Source: Octopus bimaculoides (taxonomy: Eukaryota). From it: a stretch of 64,000 nucleotides of DNA. Made by a program: the position numbers and the translations under genes. The DNA is taken from contig NC_068992.1 in NCBI RefSeq assembly GCF_001194135.2, positions 59,482,408 to 59,546,407 on the forward strand, read 5' to 3'. The notes under the pieces are model-generated. The model saw nothing but the letters and a program-made list of their open reading frames with translations. It ran no database searches and had not been told where the DNA came from. Of the stretch, positions 11,601 through 22,608 are shown piece by piece (position 1 is the stretch's first letter; each line of letters begins with the position of its first letter).

Positions 11601-14131
11601 ATGCTTAGCGCTATTTCGTCTGCCGCTACATTCTGAGTTAAAATTCCGCCGACGTCAACTTTGCCTTTCATGCTTTCGGGGTCGATTAAATAAGTACCAG
11701 TTACGCACTGGGGTCGATGTAATCGACTTAGTCCCTTTGTCTGTCATTGTTTGTCCCCTCTATGTTTAGCCCCTTGTGGGCAATAAAGAATTAGATATAG
11801 GAGTTAATCCGTTCCTGGAGAACACTTGTAAAGTGAAAGCTCATAAGTGAATTTTACTCTTTTACTTGTTTCAGTCATTTGACTGCAGCCATGCTGGAGC
11901 ACCGCCTTTATTACTGTATTTCCGTCACAGTTTTAACAAGAGTAAAGATTAAAATATTCAGATGGGAGATAAATGAATGCAAACAAAGATGAGGGGGTGG
12001 ATGGGGATGGGGGTAATCTTGTATTTTGATTTTTGACTGGTCAATAATTTATATTTAGATATGGGTTAAGTAGTTTGACCTTTGACCTCTTCCCCCTCCC
12101 CAAAAAATGTTTCATAGGCATAAGTATGACTATGTGATTAAGAACCTTGCTCTACAACCACGGGATCTAGTCAGTCTCATTTGCAAAATGAGCCCCCTTT
12201 AATTTTGCTTGGATTACTTTCAATTTTGGTGCATTGATGCAACTCTGAATTTTGATTAGGATCAACCAATTACTTTACCTCGTAAATTAAAGTATCTGAT
12301 GTTATTTGGAATTAAAGTTGGGAAAGTTGGGTAATTTTGTTGAATCAAATTACGTCAGTTGGATGTTTCTTATAAAATGTTCCGCATCAACAATTTTAAA
12401 TGTTCCAGCATTTTTGATATTTTTCCCTGTCCTCATATTTTTAAATATTCCATCATTAGCAATTAATTTTTATCTCTGTCATCTTATTATAAATGTTTTG
12501 TTTAACATTAATAATAATATTTTGCAAACATCAAGATTTATTTTCCTAATCAATACTGGTTTCAAATTTTAGCACAAGGCTAGCAATTCGAGGGGAGGGG
12601 GTAAATCAATTATCGTATTTCAATGTGTATATGGAATCCTATTTTTTTGCCAAAAATTAGGTTAAAAAAATACGAAAGTTTCTTATACATGGATAGTATT
12701 ATAATCTTTTACAAAACCTTTTTTTCCAAATATTAAGCCCCCCCCCCAAAAAAAAAATTGGGGGACTTCTTCCTTATACATATGAGGGTTTCGATTTGCT
12801 CAACTAAAGGCAGTGCTCCAGCATGGCCGCAGTCAAATGACTGACACAAGTAAAAGAGATAAAAGAATAAGATAGAAAAATAATAGTCTCAAGTATTGGG
12901 ACAGGGTCAGCCATTTTTTGAGGGGAGGGGTAAGGCAACTACATTGATCTAAGTACTTGACTAGTATTTATTTTATCGCCCCTGAAAGGCTAAAAAGCAA
13001 AGAATCTCAGTGGGATTTGAACCGAGTATGTAAAGATGGACAAAATCTGGTAAGCATTTCGTCCAGCATGCTAACAGTTCTGCCAGAAAAAATAATGATT
13101 TTCAATTTTAGCGCAAGGCCAGTAATTTTGTTTTTGGAGAAGGGGTTAAGTTGATTACATCGATCCCCAGTACGCAACTGGTACTTATTTTATTGACCCC
13201 CCAAAAGCATGAATGGCAAAGTTGGCCTCAGTGGGATTTGAACTCAGAACATGGAGATGAAGAAGATGCTGCTAAGCGTTTTGCTCGGTGTGCTAACGAT
13301 TCTGCCAGCTCACCGCCTTAACTTAGAAAAATAATAACATGTTTTTACAAATACACAAATGAGAAATTTGTTTTAATTTTATTTTAAGGTAATAAATATG
13401 TTTCTTTTGATGATTAGTATTTATTTCATCTCTCTTCCTTTCTTTCTCTTTCTGTCTCAATCTCTCTCTCTTTCCCTTTCTCTCTCTCTCTTTCTCTCCC
13501 TTTTTCTCTCTCTGTCTCTTTCTCTCTCTGTCTCTTTCTCTCTCTTTTTCTCTCTCTCTCTGTCTCCCTTTCTATCTCTCTCTCTCTGTCTCTGTGTCTC
13601 TTTCGTTCTCTGTCTGTCTGTCTGTCTGTCTCTTTCTCTCTCTCTGTCTCCCTTTCTCTCTATCTGTCTCTTTCATTCCCTGTCTGTCTGTCTCTTTCTC
13701 TCTTTGCCTCTCTCTCTCTCTTACTATTTCCCCCTCTGCCTCTCTCTTTCTCTCTCACTCTCCTTTTCTCTCCTTCTTTCTCTCATTCCCCCCATTCTCC
13801 CCCTCTTCTTCCATTCAGAGAGAATAAAATTGCCCAGTACTATGATCTGAGCCAAATGTCTACTTTGCCACAACTGAACTCCTTGATGTTGAATGGTAAG
13901 TCCCTATATCTCACTTGTTATTGCATCACAAACCAAGACCTTCAATAGGTTTAGCCAAACAAATCAATCCCCTTTCACCAGTACCTATTTATAAGCCTGG
14001 TACTTAGTCTATTAGTCTATTTCTGCTGAACTACCAAGTTGCAGGGACGTTAACAAACCAACACCTGTTGCCAAAAGATGGTTAGGGAACCAATACAAGC
14101 ACATACGCGCATATACATACATAAATACACA

Positions 14132-14169
<38 letters not shown>

Positions 14170-14918
14170 NNNNNNNNNNNNNNNNNNNNNNNNNNNNNNN
14201 NNNNNNNNNNNNNNNNNNNNNNNNNNNNNNNNNNNNNNNNNNNNNNNNNNNNNNNNNNNNNNNNNNNNNNNNNNNNNNNNNNNNNNNNNNNNNNNNNNNN
14301 NNNNNNNNNNNNNNNNNNNNNNNNNNNNNNNNNNNATTCCAGCAGCTCTTACTTCTTTGGAGTAGTGTGCACATATATTTTGAAACATATGTAGGAATTA
14401 AAGGAACTATTGTTTATATGCGTTTTGCTCCATTTATTATTTTTATTCATATCTACTCAAAATACATCACTTTAACTTGGTATTTCTACCTATAAAACGG
14501 GTGTGATATCCCAGTTTTTGTGTGATTTTTGCTACCCATGGTAACTATTAACATATTTACATTGTCAAAGTTTTTTCAACCGAGATAATATTAATATGCA
14601 CATAAATTATATATATATATATATATCTATATATACACTAAGCAGATGTGCACAAAGTACAAACATTGCTAGAAATAGCAGCCAGTAAGCTATTGGCGCT
14701 ACGTAGAGCTTCACTGAATGTTTACAGGCAGAGATGTTTGTGGGCTGTGAACATAGGAAAATTCTGTCTTACCTTTATGGAGACCGTTAGAGGAATGAAG
14801 GATATTTCTAGCAATGATCGTACTTCATGTACATCTGCTTTGTATATTTATAATTCTCCCTTTTATGGTGCTTTATTTTTGCTGGCTAGTAATATTATTT
14901 TTAATAATATTTATATTT

Positions 14919-14958
<40 letters not shown>

Positions 14959-16510
14959 TCGTTCTGGTCTAACGACCCTCCATGCTTGTTTTGTTCAGTT
15001 TCCTTGTATGTCTCCATTGTCATGTTTTTGTTCCCAACTTTGACCCTCCATAGATCCTAAATTTTATTTTAGAATTTATGGCAGCAACTGTCTTTGAAGA
15101 CTCATATTGTTGGTATTATCCATCATCATCATCATCATCATCGTTTAACGTCCGCCTTCCATGCTAGCATGGGTTGGATGATTTGACTGAGGAGTGGTGT
15201 AACCAGATGGCTACACTAGGCTCCAATCTGATTTGGCAGAGTTTCTACAGCTGGATGCCCTTCCTAACGCCAACCACTCCGAGAGTGTAGTGGGTGCTTT
15301 TATGTGCCACCTGCACGAAGGCCAGTCGGGCGGTACTGGCAATGGCCACGCTCAAAATGGTGTATTTTATGTGACACCTGCACAGGAGCCAGTTCGGCGG
15401 CACTGGCAACGATCTCACTTGAATGTCTTTACACGTGCCATCCGGCACAAGTGCCAGGAAGGCAATGCTGGGCACAGGTACCATTGACGGTTTCGCTTTC
15501 GCGTGCCCCAATAGGTCTTCGCAAGCTGAGGGTCATATATATATATATATATATATAATATAAAAAATATATAAATATATGCATATATACATACATATAT
15601 GTACATACCTACATATATATGTATATATACATGCATATATGGGTACAGGACATCAAAAAAACGTTAAACACAATGAGAAGCAAAAACATAGAAAATGAAC
15701 TTTTTTTGAACAACGAAAAAAACAGAGAAACGAGACATGCAACATAAAGAATATACCCCTTCATCAGTTGTCCCTGTTTCATCTACTCCGTGTTTCAAAG
15801 GTAATATATGTATGGGCTTCTTTCAGTTTCTGTCTACCATGTCTGTTCACAAGTCTTTGGTTGACCCAAGTTTATATTAGAAGGCACTTGTTCAAGGTGT
15901 CATGCAGTGGGGCTGAAACTGGAATCATATGGTTCAGACGCAAACTGCTTACTACATATTTTTCTCAAAAATATTTTACTTGCTTATTTTCGGAATCCAG
16001 AAAATCCTATATCTCAGGATGGCGACTACCGTGTTGAAATTCTGAGCATCTTAAAGACTCTCACAGTCTTGGATGAAGAAGAATTTACAGACGAAGATCA
16101 TGCAGAAGTAAGGGACATTGCCAAGCAGCGCCATAATTCTGAGGTACTGTGGTTCTTTTAAGCCTGTGATTGATAATATTTTCCAAACAGAATTCTTCTA
16201 TTGTTATTTAGTTCAAAGATTAGTTGTCAAATGACTGGTTGATAAGGTGATGTGGTAAAGAGAGAGAGAGAGAGGGAGAGAGGGAAGGAGAGAGAGAAAG
16301 AAGAAAGAGAGATGGTGTGATGTGTCAGAGGGAGAGAGAGTAAGAGAGAAAGAGAAAGACGGAGACAGAGCCTGAGAAAGAAAGATAAACAAAAATAAAT
16401 AGAGAGAGAGAAAGAGAGAAGAGATGACAAAATTTTAGAGAGACAATTGTCAGAGAGGGATATAACAAAATGTAAGAAGGATATGAGAAGCCACCAGAGA
16501 GAGAGAGAGA

Positions 16511-16559
<49 letters not shown>

Positions 16560-18284
16560 GTACAATAACCATGTCATGTCTATTTTTATAAATCCTCCTC
16601 ATCATTATCATTTAGCATCCATTTTCCATACTGGCATGGGTTGTATGGTTTGGTTTGACAGTAGCTGGCCAACTGGAGAGCTGTACCAGGCTCCAGTTGT
16701 CTGGTTTCACTGGGTTTCTATGGCTGGATGCCCTTCTTAATGCCAGCCACTTTACAGAGTGTACCGGGTGTGCTTATGTGCCACCAACATGGGCGTTTTG
16801 TACATGGCACCAGCATGTAAAATAATAAAGGTTTTTGATTTAGTCATAAGGGAACTATTTTGAGGGGAGGGGCTAGTTGATTGCATCAATCCCTCTACTT
16901 TGGCTTAGTGGTTAGAGCGTTGAGCTCTAATCATGAGGTAGTGAGTTTGATTCCTGGGCTGTGTGTTGTGTTCTGTTCTTGAGCAAGACACTTTATTTCA
17001 CGTTGCTCCAGTTCACACAGCTGTAGAAATGAGTTGTGGCGTCACTGGTGCCAGGCTCTCAAGAATTAAGTAAGCAAACAGGAAAAATAATCCAGAATCC
17101 TTGTCTGGTACCTGATCGATCCCAATGGTAGTCATGGAATGAGAAAGTGGGTGTGTGGGCCGTGTTTGTATTGCTGTGTGGGTCGTCTGCATTGGGAACA
17201 GGGGCAGTTTTTCTCTATGAAGGCCTTTTTTAGTCTATCCATTGATATAGTATCTTTACGATCATTAAGGTCTATAGAGAAAAATTTATCCGTGTATGAA
17301 AGAAAACAGAAAGGACCTGTATACAGTGCTGTTAACAGAGGTTTAACAACATTGTTGTGCACAAAAATGTGAGTCCAAGAAGTAAAGCTTCCTTCAAGGC
17401 AGAGCTAGAAATGCAATTGTTTAGTAGGTAAGAGGTTTTAAACAGGAGCGATATATTCAAAATTGGTGAAACTAAAAATTGTTGAGGATAAATTAGATTT
17501 ATTATTGTTACTGAATATGCTGGTGTTATCTAATTCCTGAATGGTTTTGCTGTCGTTTATGTAGTTTGATTCCTTTATTTATCAGTTTCTACTAAGATAG
17601 AGATGTGAGTAAAATTAATAATAGAGGAACAAAAACAAAACTTTGGAAACAGCAACGCTCCCATAACTTACATGGAAACCATGAGCATACTTTCAAGGGA
17701 GATAATCAGAGAAAGACTTGAAAGTCAATGTAAGAGCGTAATACTTCATGTAAAGTTAAGTAAATATAACAAATAATCCAGAATCCTTGTCCGGTACTGG
17801 ATTGATCCCAAAATCGAATTAAGTTTGTGCCAGTCATAAGGCCAAACATCCCTGAAAGTTTCATCCGAATCCATGCAGCAGACAAACAAACAAACACAAC
17901 TGAAAACAATACCTCCGTCTTCGCTAAGGCGAAGGTAATAATTCTTTCTATTATAGACTCAAGGTCTGAAATTTTGGGGAAGGAGACTAGTCGATTACAT
18001 CGACCCCAGTATGCAACTGGTACTTAGTTTATCAACCCTGAAAAGATGAAAGGCAAAGTCAACCTTGGCGGAATTTAAACTCAGAATGTAAAGACGGGCA
18101 AAATGCTATAAAGCATTTTGCCCGGTATACTAATAATTCTGCCCACTCGCTGCCTTACATAATTATAATACTAATAATAATGATGGTGATAATGATAATA
18201 ATGATAAATTAAAATAATAACAATAACGATGATAATTCTGCTTTCTTTATTCAGCTGGTACCAAATGAAGGAAATCCTTCCTAG
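1776..18284 (+). CDS. LRRC23: Leucine-rich repeat protein 23-like, copy A (3' part; upstream exons lie before the window). Exons 1776-1906, 10862-10998, 13819-13895, 16001-16143, 18255-18284
   Basis: GT-AG exons join in frame to ..NKIKEVPPFDGSGFHHLTTLKIEGNRIQNINEFNIPNLKILHL-GQNKITSTEWVLDLVNLEELKLNNNLIEKTHGFNSNMTKLKYIDLK-ENKIAQYYDLSQMSTLPQLNSLMLN-ENPISQDGDYRVEILSILKTLTVLDEEEFTDEDHAEVRDIAKQRHNSE-LVPNEGNPS*. LRR repeats plus LRRcap and acidic tail match my recollection of human LRRC23. It ends after the LRRcap with no guanylate kinase domain, so not LRGUK. Every exon has a same-length counterpart in copy B. Confidence 0.88.
2100..3080. repeat. Cluster of trinucleotide microsatellites (AAT, CAT, GAC, CAC, CTA, GGT, AAC) interleaved with family B SINE fragments
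   Basis: Visible directly; source of the homopolymer ORFs in the track. Confidence 0.92.
5595..5910. repeat. Compound (CAT)n/(CCT)n/(TAT)n microsatellite
   Basis: Visible directly. Confidence 0.95.
7705..8178 (+). mobile_element. Retroposon family C ((GAT)n tail, internal repeats of about 60 bp), long copy
   Basis: GGCACGTAAAA repeats, AGGAAGGGCATCCAGCTGTAGAAAC core, palindrome CCATGCTAGCATGG, (GAT)n tail; long copies also at 15120-15525(-) and 38355-38775; many short young copies. Confidence 0.82.
8291..8411. repeat. Imperfect 53-bp-arm hairpin
   Basis: Arms 8291-8343 and 8359-8411, 46/53 Watson-Crick pairs, 15-nt loop. Confidence 0.85.
8468..9237 (+). mobile_element. Family A SINE spanning an assembly gap
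   Basis: Head before the gap, tail after it. Confidence 0.8.
10862..10998 (+). CDS. LRRC23: LRRC23 copy A exon (137 nt)
   Basis: tttgtag|GGT CAA AAT ... CTG AA|gtaggt; paralogue of 55780-55916. Confidence 0.9.
11052..11374 (+). mobile_element. tRNA-derived SINE (family D) with target-site duplication
   Basis: A box (TGGCCTAGTGG) and B box (GGTTTCGATTCC) head, (CAA)n tail, 11-bp TSD ACTTTTAAACT at 11041-51 and 11375-85; other copies at 37199-37529, about 53330-53680 and about 61615-61925 (all -). Confidence 0.88.
13435..13810. repeat. (CT)n/(GTCT)n tract ending at the LRRC23-A splice acceptor
   Basis: About 370-nt pyrimidine tract immediately upstream of exon 13819. Confidence 0.92.
13819..13895 (+). 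CDS. LRRC23: LRRC23 copy A exon (77 nt)
   Basis: ccattcag|A GAG AAT ... AAT G|gtaagt; paralogue of 53753-53829. Confidence 0.88.
14336..14610 (+). mobile_element. Hammerhead-bearing AT-rich repeat, copy 2 (5' part lost in assembly gap)
   Basis: Direct-orientation match to 63277-63560, including the 3' half of the hammerhead (tgcacatatattttGAAAcatatgTAggaa, 14368-14397). Confidence 0.55.
16001..16143 (+). CDS. LRRC23: LRRC23 copy A exon (143 nt, LRRcap)
   Basis: atccag|AA AAT CCT ... TCT GAG|gtactg; NPIxxxxDYRVEIL LRRcap motif; paralogue of 52800-52942. Confidence 0.88.
16255..16558. repeat. (GA)n-rich tract
   Basis: Visible directly. Confidence 0.92.
17200..17362 (-). mobile_element. Gypsy LTR-retrotransposon integrase C-terminal fragment
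   Basis: VVKPLLTALYTGPFCFLSYTDKFFSIDLNDRKDTISMDRLKKAF resembles the Gypsy integrase tail (RKPLxPPYxGPY...KxFTIDxNGRxDTVSIDRLKPA); no LTRs seen. Confidence 0.68.
17706..17941 (-). mobile_element. Non-autonomous DNA repeat, DINE-1/Helentron-associated (HINE)-like
   Basis: Minus strand begins TTATTACCTTCGCC-hairpin-GGAGGTA then (GTTT)n; same family as 36144-36480 (+), with related fragments at 17085-17125 and 59812-60005. Superfamily assignment is tentative. Confidence 0.45.
18255..18284 (+). CDS. LRRC23: LRRC23 copy A terminal coding exon (LVPNEGNPS*)
   Basis: ctttctttattcag|CTG...TCC TAG; phase 0; same length and PS* ending as 51802-51831; following 3'UTR aligns loosely with copy B. Confidence 0.72.
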   Translation: MVPNEGNPS

Positions 18285-18544
18285 TCCACTTGTCTGGCTG
18301 GCACCAAGCCACTTCACTGATGGCACCAAATACAACTCCAGGAATGTTTCTGTCGTATTTATATTGTATTGATAAGATATTGATCTAATATTGATACAAT
18401 ATTGCTGTGAATATTAAAGTTATATTGATGTGTTGATTTAAAACTGAAATAAATAATGTTGATATAATATTTGTGCTTTTATAATGTAATACTTATGAAA
18501 TATTGTTGTGACATTGGTGTAATATTGATGCAATATTATTTTTG

Positions 18545-18555
18545 AATAAAATAAA
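18545..18555 (+). promoter_or_regulatory. Candidate polyadenylation signal(s) of LRRC23 copy A
   Basis: Overlapping AATAAA hexamers about 260 nt after the stop; another AATAAA at 18448-18453. Confidence 0.45.
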
Positions 18556-18779
18556 GGGGTTTAGTTCCTCTGTTGTGTCCTAAGCCCAAACTTTGTTTAT
18601 TTGCAATTTGTTATTTGTTGTAGTCTTGTTCTGTTTTTATTCATTTATTTTTATCATCACAGTTAAATTCAAGTATAACCACTACAGAGCAGGACAGGGT
18701 GGACTGGAGACTTAAAGACTTGAACCTTTGTTCTCCTGCTCAGATATTAGCAGTGCCAAACGCTCTTGTCCAATGTGTC

Positions 18780-19230
18780 CACAACTCATACAAGTCTGTT
18801 TAGGACTTCAGACTTGCAACTAATGCAGCTGTGAATCTCATTTCCGAGACAAGTGGTTCTAGTCTGTAGCTGTGAGACTTGGACACTGTCCAGAGCTTCA
18901 CAGGACTATGGGTTACCATTGGTCAGATTTTGTATCTGATCAACAACTCTGTTCAGAAACTGGGATGCATCTTCTTACTTGTATGATTTGGGAGTGCCAG
19001 CTCAGACGGTTTTATCTGTTGCTCAATTTTCTAAGTTGAACCCTACTTACTGTGGATCTGGCTGGGCTGATGGCTTGTCTTGGTCAACCACATACCACAT
19101 GGTCATGACAGACGAAGAAGTATCTTGTGGAGATGGGGACTGATTAAGACTCTGTTCAACGGGTTGCCTGGGAAGACCCAGGAATATACGGACAAATGGC
19201 AAAGTGTTGCAAAGGGGGCATGCATACATG
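18780..19230 (+). mobile_element. RTE-clade LINE 3' remnant
   Basis: Broken frames give CETWTL, LHRTMGYHWSDFVSDQQL...QLR and RPxTxW-like segments typical of the RTE RT C-terminus. Confidence 0.58.
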
Positions 19231-19508
19231 TTTGACCAAACAGTCAAGCTGTTATTCGTGTATCTTTTGTTTCAGTCGTTGGACTGCAGCCATGCTGAAG
19301 GATTTTAGCTGAACAAATTGACCCTGGTACTTATTTATGTTTTAAAACTAGTATTTATTCTATTGGTCATTTTTGTTGACCTGCTAAGTTATAATGTTGG
19401 GTGTCAAGCAGTGGTGGCAGACAAACATGACACAGACACAAAGGCACATGTATATTTACATATATGCATATATATATATATGTGTATACATATCTATATC
19501 TATATATC

Positions 19509-19542
<34 letters not shown>

Positions 19543-21193
19543 TATATAAACATAATTAAGGGATCAGCAACAGTTGCTTCACCACATACCGAAGTTCAGA
19601 AATAGCAGCTAAAGTGCTAAAACTCCAACAGATAGCAATAACTAAGACTGGTTAGTTTCGTTGTTTTTTCTTCTTGTTTTGCCTTTGTGAGTTACAAGTA
19701 TTGCNNNNNNNNNNNNNNNNNNNNNNNNNNNNNNNNNNNNNNNNNNNNNNNNNNNNNNNNNNNNNNNNNNNNNNNNNNNNNNNNNNNNNNNNNNNNNNNN
19801 NNNNNNNNNNNNNNNNNNNNNNNNNNNNNNNNNNNNNNNNNNNNNNNNNNNNNNNNNNNNNNNNNNNNNNNNNNNNNNNNNNNNNNNNNNNNNNNNNNNN
19901 NNNNNNNNNNNNNNNNNNNNNNNNNNNNNNNNNNNNNNNNNNNNNNNNNNNNNNNNNNNNNNNNNNNNNNNNNNNNNNNNNNNNNNNNNNNNNNNNNNNN
20001 NNNNNNNNNNNNNNNNNNNNNNNNNNNNNNNNNNNNNNNNNNNNNNNNNNNNNNNNNNNNNNNNNNNNNNNNNNNNNNNNNNNNNNNNNNNNNNNNNNNN
20101 NNNNNNNTATATATATATATATATATATATATGGTGGTGGTGGTGGTGTTTGTGTTTGTATGTGTGTGCAAATTTGTTTTTATTACCTACAGGTTACACA
20201 ACATGTAGATTCACATACTTTATCTTGCAAGGGTTAACAATACATCTTAGTGTGACCTTAATTTAAGACTGATTGTTATGGTGGTGGTAGTGGTGGAAGT
20301 GTAGGGGTAACACATATTTTAAACTGACGTTAATTTAATACGGCTGTCTGTTAGTTGGAGGGAGGAATTTCACTTTGTGTGTGTTGCATAAAAGTTTCTT
20401 TGTGGAACTCTTTGACCTTTTTCATATAAAATAGACAGAACTGTGAAATTGAAACCAAATTAAAAACCAATTTCAAATGAAAAAAATATTGCCATTATGA
20501 GAGGAAAATCTTAATACGTGTTTTGTGGTGAAGATTAACTGCTTTAAGTCATTTCTTGTCAGAACATGTTCTCAGCACAATAACTCTCTTTTTATAAGTA
20601 TCATAATTTCTAGTATAAAAATCAATATTTAAAGTAGCAGATTTAATAGTTCACTGGTTAAAGCACTAGTCTTGTAAGCCAGTGGTTGTAATCCTCATTG
20701 GGGAACTTCTGTTGGAATTTAATTTTTAGGTGTAGGCATGCCCATGTGGTTAAGAAGCTTGATTANNNNNNNNNNNNNNNNNNNNNNNNNNNNNNNNNNN
20801 NNNNNNNNNNNNNNNNNNNNNNNNNNNNNNNNNNNNNNNNNNNNNNNNNNNNNNNNNNNNNNNNNNNNNNNNNNNNNNNNNNNNNNNNNNNNNNNNNNNN
20901 NNNNNNNNNNNNNNNNNNNNNNNNNNNNNNNNNNNNNNNNNNNNNNNNNNNNNNNNNNNNNNNNNNNNNNNNNNNNNNNNNNNNNNNNNNNNNNNNNNNN
21001 NNNNNNNNNNNNNNNNNNNNNNNNNNNNNNNNNNNNNNNNNNNNNNNNNNNNNNNNNNNNNNNNNNNNNNNNNNNNNNNNNNNNNNNNNNNNNNNNNNNN
21101 NNNNNNNNNNNNNNNNNNNNNNNNNNNNNNNNNNNNNNNNNNNNNNNNNNNNNNNNNNNNNNNNNNNNNNNNNNNNNNNNNNNNNNNNNNATA

Positions 21194-22190
21194 TTGGGTC
21201 ATCCCATAAATAGTGTTTTTTTTTATACTTTAATTTTTCAAAATTAAGATAAACAAAGTTCCTTTTTTAATCTAAAATATACTCTCCTTCATTTTCTACA
21301 ATGCTCTTCCATCTATCTGGTAGACTTACAAGGTCTCTCTTCCAAAATTCACTTGTCTGTGATGAAAAATACTCCTCCAGTACTGTTCTGACCTCGTCTA
21401 CAGAATTCATATTTTTTCCATCCAGATGATTTTGAAGACTGCAGAATAAATGATAATCAGATGGGGCAATGTCTGGTGAATATGGTGGGTGGGACATTAT
21501 TTCCCATTCGAACTGCTCCAGCCTTTGGAATGTCATCCTCGCTATATGTGGCTGAGCATTATCCTGACAGAAGAACACCTTTCGTCTTGAAACCAAAGAC
21601 GCTCATTTTTTTTCTATCACTGACCGAAGCCACTCAAGTTGCTTGCAGTAGGTCTCCTTTGTTATCGTTTTGGTTTGGGTTTAAAAGTACAAAGTGGACT
21701 AAACCTTTCATATCCCACCAAACAGATAACAACACCTTACATGGGTGAAGACCTTCTTTAGCCTGGGGTGCCAGTGTTTCTCCTTTCCCTACCCACTGTC
21801 TTCATTGCTTGACATTTTGATAGGGAACCCATTTCTCATCACCAGTCACTATTCTGTCCAAAATGGTTTCATTTGTGAGACGTGACAGCAAAGAAGAGCA
21901 CACATTCACTCTGTGTGTGCGATTAGACTTGGAAAGTTTGTGAGGAACTCATTAACCCAATTTGTTGGCTTTTCCAACGGTATGTAGGTGTTGATGAATG
22001 GTTGAATGACCAAATCTAAGCTTCTCTGCTAGTTCTTCAATAGTTACAGTGGGATTTTGTTCCACCAGGTTTTGCAGGACATTCTTGTCAAGTCCTACAG
22101 ATCTTTCAGGATGAGGGTTGTGTTCTAGGCTGTAGTTTCCAGCTTGGAAAGAGCATGGACACGCGAAGCCAAAACTGGCTGACATTTAAG
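21194..22190 (-). mobile_element. Degraded mariner (DD34D) DNA transposon
   Basis: Transposase remnants on -: HTH, VPHKL, IVTGDEKW, LHPxKVLLSVWWD, DNAQPH and HPPYSPDIAPSDYHLF with 34 residues between the catalytic Asp; stops and a frameshift; TA+TTGGGTCATCCCATAAAT TIR-like end at 21192; other end not recognisable. Confidence 0.92.
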
Positions 22191-22577
22191 CAATGTCATT
22201 TTTCCTGTTATGTAGTGGTGTTGCAAAATTTGACTTGTGCATATTGATTTTCATTATGTCCTTTATATTGTAACAAAATTTCATGCATTTCATGACTGAA
22301 AACAGAAAACATGAATGGGACAATAACAACCCTCCATCACTCTATGCAATATGATGACTAACGACAGGACGAGAGAAGAAAAACATGACACAAATACAAA
22401 CAGTATAATATATAAACCCATACTTAAGATGGAAAGAGAGAAAAAAAGTAAATAAATGTATAAAAAACAGCTAAAGGACATGGATGAAAATAGTGTCATA
22501 AGCAGTGCCCCAGCATGGCCACAGCTCATGAGTTGAAACTGGATTAAAAAAAAAATATATATATATATATATGTGTA

Positions 22578-22608
<31 letters not shown>

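Noticed and set aside
12610-12790. Degenerate Tc2/pogo-like MITE end (tatcgtattt...cttatacatgg)
   Set aside because: Too decayed; no matching second TIR or TSD found.
15750-15805. CTGATGA and GAAA hammerhead-like words on the minus strand
   Set aside because: The order is type II-like and a helix II can be drawn, but helix I does not form and helix III is only 2 bp; probably a Penelope-type fragment but not supportable as a ribozyme.
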